A DNA stretch of 64,000 bases, taken from Anaerolineales bacterium (GTDB lineage: Bacteria; Chloroflexota; Anaerolineae; Anaerolineales; UBA4823). A program made the position numbers and the translations under genes. The notes under the pieces are model-generated. The model did not search any database. It saw only the letters and a program-made list of their open reading frames with translations, and had not been told where the DNA came from. This document shows positions 58,810-64,000 of this stretch, one piece after another. The stretch is taken from NCBI GenBank assembly GCA_034434515.1, contig DAOTZA010000084.1:7261-71260 (forward strand), in the 5' to 3' direction. Positions within the stretch are counted from its first letter, which is position 1. Every line of letters begins with the position of its first letter.

Positions 58810-59193
58810 CTACGCAACAAGAAAGTCAATCAACTCTCCTTCGGCAAAGTCATCGAAACGGTCGGGATGGCATTCGATGACATATTGGGCGGCTTTTTGA
58901 GGGACGAGGGCAAATTGCCACGGGTGAGCAATTTTTCGATCGACCACCTGCCGATGTTCATCCAGCCAGATCACTGCTAATTTGAAAGAAACACCGATCA
59001 TGTGAATTGAAGTTTCTAGTCGGCTCGCCTGAGGATACCAGAACAGCAATCCCCGATCGAGCGACGGCGGAGGCGATAACAGAAATCCTCGCCCGCGCGA
59101 CCAGTAGGTGCGACAGACTTTCAGAGACAACGGCGGATTGAAAGGCTTTTGGCCCCGCCCAACCTTTACCCAAGCAGTCGAATGCATAGACAT
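58810..59193 (-). CDS. DUF192-family protein
   Basis: 127 aa. The core IHMIGVSFKLAVIWLDEHRQVV matches the DUF192 (COG1430) pattern. Confidence 0.55.
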   Translation of the reverse strand: MSMHSTAWVKVGRGQKPFNPPLSLKVCRTYWSRGRGFLLSPPPSLDRGLLFWYPQASRLETSIHMIGVSFKLAVIWLDEHRQVVDRKIAHPWQFALVPQKAAQYVIECHPDRFDDFAEGELIDFLVA

Positions 59194-59202
59194 CCCGCAA
59201 GG

Positions 59203-59580
59203 CTAACTTTGGTCGCCCAAAACTTTCGCTACGCTATCCAGAAGCTCTTGGGGAGTGAAGGGCTTGGAAAGATAATCATCCACTTTCGCAATTTCCAATC
59301 CCAAAACTCGGTCGATGTTCTGCGCCCGAGCCGTAATGACAATGACCGGTAACGAGCGGGTGCGGTCATCGGCGCGCAATTGATGATAGACATCCCAACC
59401 ATCCATATCGGGCATCATCAGGTCTAACAAAACCAAATCTGGCTGCTCTGCCAGGATAGCCCGCATTCCTTCTCGCCCGCCATTCGCGCCAAGCACTTCA
59501 TAGCCTTTGCGGCCTAAGATTAAACGCACCAAATCGATCATCTCTGGCTCATCTTCGATATAGACGATCTTTTTCTTCAT
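59203..59580 (-). CDS. stand-alone receiver-domain response regulator
   Basis: 125 aa: KIVYIEDEPEMIDL, LVLLDLMMPDMDG, ITA and KPF. No output domain. Confidence 0.85.
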   Translation of the reverse strand: MKKKIVYIEDEPEMIDLVRLILGRKGYEVLGANGGREGMRAILAEQPDLVLLDLMMPDMDGWDVYHQLRADDRTRSLPVIVITARAQNIDRVLGLEIAKVDDYLSKPFTPQELLDSVAKVLGDQS

Positions 59581-59650
59581 ACGCTCCTCTCACCACACGA
59601 AAACCTGTCTCTTAGTTTACCACATTCCCAAACCCTGATCCGTCTGACAC

Positions 59651-59679
59651 TTGCCATGCCCATCAGGCTGGAATATAAT
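59651..59679 (+). promoter_or_regulatory. near-consensus promoter of efp
   Basis: TTGCCA (59651-59656), 17-nt spacer, TATAAT (59674-59679). It lies 36 nt upstream of ATG 59715. Confidence 0.6.
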
Positions 59680-59714
59680 TTCCAAAAATCTTTTCACAAT
59701 CAGAAAGGCAATTT

Positions 59715-60272
59715 ATGATCGATGTAAATGACCTTCGCAAAGGGGTTACTTTCGAACTTGACGGAAACCTGTACAAAGTTCTCGAATACGAACACCATAA
59801 ACCCGGTCGAGGCAAAGCCACCATTCGGGTCAAAGCTCGCGATTTGCGCAGCGGTGCTACGCTTGAAAAGACTTTTATTTCCGGCGACCGAGTGCAGGAT
59901 GTTCGGTTGGATTACCACAACGTCCAATTCCTGTATTTTGACGGCAGCTTGTATCACTTCATGGATACAGAAACCTACGACCAACCTGCAGTCCCCGCTG
60001 AAGTGATTGGTGAAAACGCTGGTTATTTGAAAGAGGGTCTTGAACTTAAACTTACCTTTTACAACGGCGAACCAATTGATATTGAGCTGCCCATCACCGT
60101 AGATATGGTGGTAACCGAAGCCGAGGTGGCCGTGCGCGGTGATACCGCTACCGGTGTTACCAAGCGGGTGACCACCGAGACCGGTTTGCAAGTTCAGGTG
60201 CCGAATTTCGTTGAGGTGGGCGATACCATCCGCATCGATACCCGTAGCGGCACCTATGTAACCCGCGTGTGA
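59715..60272 (+). CDS. efp: translation elongation factor P (Arg at the loop-tip position)
   Basis: 185 aa, collinear with bacterial EF-P. The loop is HKPGRGKA, with R32 encoded by CGA at 59808-59810. Confidence 0.95.
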   Translation: MIDVNDLRKGVTFELDGNLYKVLEYEHHKPGRGKATIRVKARDLRSGATLEKTFISGDRVQDVRLDYHNVQFLYFDGSLYHFMDTETYDQPAVPAEVIGENAGYLKEGLELKLTFYNGEPIDIELPITVDMVVTEAEVAVRGDTATGVTKRVTTETGLQVQVPNFVEVGDTIRIDTRSGTYVTRV

Positions 60273-60625
60273 TGAAAACCCCCGCCGGCAAAGAATGCCC
60301 CTACTTTTATGGGGATTACTTTCGCGGTCGAAAGACTGAAGAGTGCCGCTTGCTTGCGGCAGCCCTGCCGCCGCTGCCCTGGAAACCCGCTCTGTGCCAG
60401 ACCTGTCCAGTACCAGAGATTCGTCTGGCTAACGCCTGCTCCTACATGGAGCTCAAACCGAGTTTGAGGCGGCCGTTTCCCTTTTTGAAACAGCAGGTTC
60501 AGGTGACGGCTTACTGCACTAAGACCGAACGGGTTGTCTCAGAACCATTCGTTGGTTGCGGCGAATGCCATCCTTTGCCCTTTGCCCTGCCCGGAGAAGA
60601 CGATGACGCTAACACTGTTGCTTGA
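60272..60625 (+). CDS. hypothetical Cys-rich protein (117 aa)
   Basis: The ATG overlaps the efp stop (TGATG). It has 8 Cys, including CQTC and CGEC pairs. It is the only ORF covering this interval. No family recognised. Confidence 0.5.
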   Translation: MKTPAGKECPYFYGDYFRGRKTEECRLLAAALPPLPWKPALCQTCPVPEIRLANACSYMELKPSLRRPFPFLKQQVQVTAYCTKTERVVSEPFVGCGECHPLPFALPGEDDDANTVA

Positions 60626-61811
60626 CCTTGACGACACGCTGCTCCAGAATGACATGGGGACTTTCATCCCTGCTTATCTTCAGGCCTTGTCGAAGCGCTT
60701 GACAGAGAAAGTATCCCCTGACCATCTCGTCAAACACCTCATGCGAGCGACTCAGATCATGATCGCCAATGATCGCCCCGATCGCACCCTTAAAGAGGTC
60801 TTTGACCAGGCTTTTTATCCAGCCTTGGGGCTAGAGGAAAGTCAGGTGCATCAGGAGATCGAAGATTTTTACCAGAATCATTTCACGCAACTGCAAGGGT
60901 TGACCCGCCAGATGCCGGGCGCAGTGGAGTTGGTCAAGGAATCCTTGCAGAGAAATTATGACCTGATTCTAGCCACGAATCCGCTTTTCCCCTTGCTTGC
61001 CAACTTACATCGCCTGAAATGGGCCGGCTTGGGGGATGTCATCCCGCTCTTTCGGATTATTGCCTCCTACGAAACCTTCCATTTCGCCAAGCCCAACCCG
61101 GCCTTCTTCACAGAACTTCTGGCGCGGGATGGCTGGCGCGAACAGGGCGTGCTGATGATAGGCAACGACCTTGAGATGGACATCCTGCCGGCAAGGAAGA
61201 TCGGCATCCAAACCTTCCTCGTATCCCCGCTTTCTCATCCATCAGTGTCGGTCGGTGGTGATTTGAGCCGTGTGATAGACTGGATCGATCAGACGCCGAC
61301 CGAAGAGATGATGCCAGACTTCTCATCGCCGGAAGCTATTCTGGCGATCTTAAAATCCACCGCTGCTGTTCTGCCTATGTTATGTAAAAAAATGCCCAGT
61401 GATCAATGGAGCACCCGCTTTGCCCAAAACGAATGGTGTCAGACGGAAATTTTATGTCATCTGCGGGATGTGGAAGTAGAAGTCAACCTGCCGCGCCTTC
61501 GCAAAGCGATTGAGACCCCTAATCCATTTATCGCCGGGGTTGACACCGATCCTTGGGCAGAACAACGCAACTATCGGCAGCAGAGCGGTGAACACGCCTT
61601 AAGGGAATTTCTGCAAGCGCGCCTTGAGCTGATTCACGTTCTCCAGGAACTCTCCCCAGAAATCTGGTCCCGAAAGGTGCGTCATGCAATCTTTGGGCCT
61701 ACCAGCCTGCAAGAGCTAAGCGGTATCATTGCCTCTCACGACCGCATCCATATTCGCCAAATTGTTCAGAATCAACAACGCTCCTCTAAGGAATCCGCGC
61801 GCCTCGATTAG
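60603..61811 (+). CDS. HAD-superfamily hydrolase fused to a DinB-like domain
   Basis: ATG 60603 with GGAG 6 nt upstream. HAD motifs are DLDDTLL, ATNP, KPNP and GNDLEMD. The C-terminal ~170 aa has DinB-like His-containing helices (ILCHLRDVE..., ASHDRIHIRQI). Confidence 0.65.
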   Translation: MTLTLLLDLDDTLLQNDMGTFIPAYLQALSKRLTEKVSPDHLVKHLMRATQIMIANDRPDRTLKEVFDQAFYPALGLEESQVHQEIEDFYQNHFTQLQGLTRQMPGAVELVKESLQRNYDLILATNPLFPLLANLHRLKWAGLGDVIPLFRIIASYETFHFAKPNPAFFTELLARDGWREQGVLMIGNDLEMDILPARKIGIQTFLVSPLSHPSVSVGGDLSRVIDWIDQTPTEEMMPDFSSPEAILAILKSTAAVLPMLCKKMPSDQWSTRFAQNEWCQTEILCHLRDVEVEVNLPRLRKAIETPNPFIAGVDTDPWAEQRNYRQQSGEHALREFLQARLELIHVLQELSPEIWSRKVRHAIFGPTSLQELSGIIASHDRIHIRQIVQNQQRSSKESARLD

Positions 61812-61953
61812 CCCATCAGGGGGTTAAACCTACAGAGCAGGCCAGTCGTTGATTCGATCAGCCAGATCGCTTCTGGCAAGCTCGGTTTTCGAGCACCGCT
61901 TTAGGCTTGCCCGATCTTGATCAATACTTAGGAGAAAAATTACGGAGGAAACT

Positions 61954-63195
61954 ATGCGCCGACGGGTCGTTGTTAGCGGATTAGGCTGTATCAGCCCGCT
62001 GGGCAATGATATTCAGACACTGTGGAAGTCCATCTCTCAGGGAATTTCTGGAGTGGGTGCGATCACCCATTTTGATGCTTCCGAGCACAAATCCAGGATT
62101 GCTGCTGAAGTGAAAAACTTTGACGCAGCAGCTCTGTTTGGAAACCGCGAAGCGCGCAAGATGGATCGTTATACCCAATTTGCGCTGGCGGCTGCCCAAC
62201 AGGCTCTCGATCAGGCTCAACTCACCATTAATGATTCGATCCGGGATCGCATCGGGGTTGTGATCGGCACCGGCATCGGTGGGCTCCACACGTTAATTGA
62301 ACAATATGAGGTCTTTAAGGAAAAAGGGCCAAACCGTGTAAGTCCGTTTCTAGTGCCAATGATGTTGCCCGATAGCGCCGGTAGCATGGTGGCGATCCAT
62401 TATGGTCTGCGCGGACCTAACCTGGCAGTCATCACGGCTTGTGCAACAGGAAACAATGCCATTGGCGAAGCTACCGAAATGATCCGCCGTGGACAAGCCG
62501 ATGTCATGCTGGCAGGTGGCAGCGAAGCTGCCATCTTACCGGTAGCCATGGCAGGAATGAGCGTCATGGGCGCTCTCTCCACCCGCAACGATGACCCGCA
62601 GCGCGCCTCGCGGCCGTTTGACTTCTATCGGGACGGATTCGTAATGGGTGAGGGAGCAGCCGTGCTGGTGCTGGAAGAGCTCGAATTTGCCAAAGGACGT
62701 GGAGCGACCATTCTGGCGGAGATCAGCGGGTATGGACATACCAATGACGCCTATCATGTTTCGGCGCCAGCCGAAAACGGTTATGGGGCAGTGCTGTGTA
62801 TGCGCCAGGCCCTCCAAAACGCCAATCTAGCCGTTAACCAGATCGATTACATCAACGCCCATGGCACCAGCACTCCGCTCAACGATAAAAGCGAAACCGC
62901 GGCCATTAAAACGGTATTTGGTGAAAAAGCTTATCAGGTTCCCATTTCCTCAACCAAATCGATGACCGGGCATTTACTAGGCGCATCTGGCGCACTGGAA
63001 GCTGTCATCTGCGTTCTGGTGCTTGAACATCAGTTCATTCCGCCAACCATTAATTATGAGACTCCTGATCCAGAGTGCGATTTAGATTATGTACCCAATC
63101 AAGGGCGAGCAGCAACAGTCCGGCACATCCTTTCTAACTCCTTTGGTTTTGGTGGACACAACGCTTCAATCATTCTCAGCCAATTTCAGGAGTAA
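61954..63195 (+). CDS. fabF: beta-ketoacyl-ACP synthase II
   Basis: 413 aa with the active-site sequences ACATG, HGTSTP and GHLLGASG. Confidence 0.95.
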   Translation: MRRRVVVSGLGCISPLGNDIQTLWKSISQGISGVGAITHFDASEHKSRIAAEVKNFDAAALFGNREARKMDRYTQFALAAAQQALDQAQLTINDSIRDRIGVVIGTGIGGLHTLIEQYEVFKEKGPNRVSPFLVPMMLPDSAGSMVAIHYGLRGPNLAVITACATGNNAIGEATEMIRRGQADVMLAGGSEAAILPVAMAGMSVMGALSTRNDDPQRASRPFDFYRDGFVMGEGAAVLVLEELEFAKGRGATILAEISGYGHTNDAYHVSAPAENGYGAVLCMRQALQNANLAVNQIDYINAHGTSTPLNDKSETAAIKTVFGEKAYQVPISSTKSMTGHLLGASGALEAVICVLVLEHQFIPPTINYETPDPECDLDYVPNQGRAATVRHILSNSFGFGGHNASIILSQFQE

Positions 63196-63200
63196 GACAC

Positions 63201-64000
63201 ATGGCAAGATACGCCCATATCACCGGTTGGGGGATGGCGATTCCGCAAAAAGTATTAACCAATTCCGATCTGGAAAAGATGGTCGAGACCTCAAATGAGT
63301 GGATTGTCTCGCGCACCGGCATTTCCGAACGAAGAATTGCAACCGAAACCGAATCCTCTGCGTCTCTAGCCGTTCAAGCTGCGCTCAAAGCCTTAGAAGT
63401 CGCCAACGTTCACCCATTAGACGTCGATTTGATCATTGTAGCGACTTCTTCTCCGGAACACATCTTCCCGGCAACGGCTTGTATTGTCCAGGATCAAATC
63501 GGCGCCAAACGCGCTGGGGCGTTTGATTTATCCGCCGCCTGTACCGGCTTTATCTTCGCCCTCGACCTGGCTGCGGCGACCATTCGCAGCGGTTCACTGA
63601 ACACGGTATTGGTGATCGGTGCCGAGACCCTCTCGCGCTTTGTCGATTGGCGCGACCGCAATACTTGCATTCTCTTTGGGGATGGCGCCGGTGCCTTTGT
63701 TATCCAAGCCAGCGATCAGCCTGGGGGCATTCTCTCCGGAGTGATGCGTTCGGATGGCTCCGGCGCAGATCTGCTCACCCTGGCAGCCGGCGGGAGCAAA
63801 TATCCCGCCAGTCAGGCTACGGTACAAAATGGAATGCATTATATCCGCATGAATGGTCGCGAAGTCTTCCGCTTTGCTACCCGCGTGATGACTCAAGCCA
63901 CCCTGGAAGCTGTCCAAAAAGCCAATCTATCTCTTCAAGATATCCAAATCATCATTCCTCACCAGGCTAACCAACGTATCATCGAGACGGCGGCAAAAAA
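63201..64000 (+). CDS. fabH: beta-ketoacyl-ACP synthase III, 5' part (runs off the window)
   Basis: Hand translation gives MARYAHITGWGMAIPQKVLTNSDLEKMVETSNEWIVSRTGISERRIA...AFDLSAACTGF (active-site Cys). There is no stop before the window end. Confidence 0.85.
   Translation, partial: MARYAHITGWGMAIPQKVLTNSDLEKMVETSNEWIVSRTGISERRIATETESSASLAVQAALKALEVANVHPLDVDLIIVATSSPEHIFPATACIVQDQIGAKRAGAFDLSAACTGFIFALDLAAATIRSGSLNTVLVIGAETLSRFVDWRDRNTCILFGDGAGAFVIQASDQPGGILSGVMRSDGSGADLLTLAAGGSKYPASQATVQNGMHYIRMNGREVFRFATRVMTQATLEAVQKANLSLQDIQIIIPHQANQRIIETAAK

Noticed and set aside
59700-60191. 163-aa minus-strand ORF antisense to efp, and many similar track ORFs (for example 491-883, 7023-7445, 8739-9182, 35697-36077, 36599-36973, 51623-51899)
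   Set aside because: These are shadow ORFs lying entirely inside well-supported genes on the opposite strand or in another frame. They have low-complexity or atypical composition and no ribosome-binding sites.
61861-61895. Two short adjacent hairpins after the HAD::DinB gene (GCCAGA/TCTGGC and GCTCG/CGAGC) as a terminator or FapR-type operator upstream of fabF
   Set aside because: The stems are only 5-6 bp, there is no U-tract and no recognisable operator consensus. This is too weak to call.

Overview
This 64-kb window is densely packed chromosomal core DNA with about 60 protein genes, one tRNA, and short or overlapping gene junctions. I saw no rRNA, CRISPR array, transposase, integrase or prophage signature. 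Gene content suggests a Chloroflexota/Anaerolineae-like organism. The basis is a monoderm-style rpmB-asp23-fakA-degV-degV-recG-coaD cluster, three Hanks kinases with propeller or tail-anchor ends, and many receiver proteins. This placement is inference only.

Clear housekeeping calls are selA, maeB, glpD, rarD, cysE, gyrB, cinA, purB, rpmB, recG, coaD, lepB, moaB, lon, hsp20, tpx, tRNA-Arg(UCU), efp, fabF and fabH.

No classic accessory island or defence locus is evident. The points most worth follow-up are:
1. A roughly 265-nt leader upstream of cysE carries a near-consensus promoter, a 16-codon ORF with two Cys codons, and mutually exclusive GC helices in a C-rich tract. This is a candidate cysteine-sensing attenuator.
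2. EF-P has Arg instead of Lys at the modified loop tip, in a PGKG-type loop. It is translationally coupled to a Cys-rich ORF and a HAD::DinB fusion.
3. A Ser/Thr kinase-PP2C-small protein-OmpR-NarL operon has no histidine kinase. The window holds four receiver proteins and no histidine kinase at all.
4. A PHP::AlbA_2 (Schlafen-like) fusion sits inside a chain of overlapping genes: lon-RR-PHP/AlbA_2-GNAT-moaB.
5. An MTA/SAH-deaminase-like amidohydrolase is fused to a degenerate CYTH-like domain.

All domain calls come from motif recognition by eye. No database search was run.
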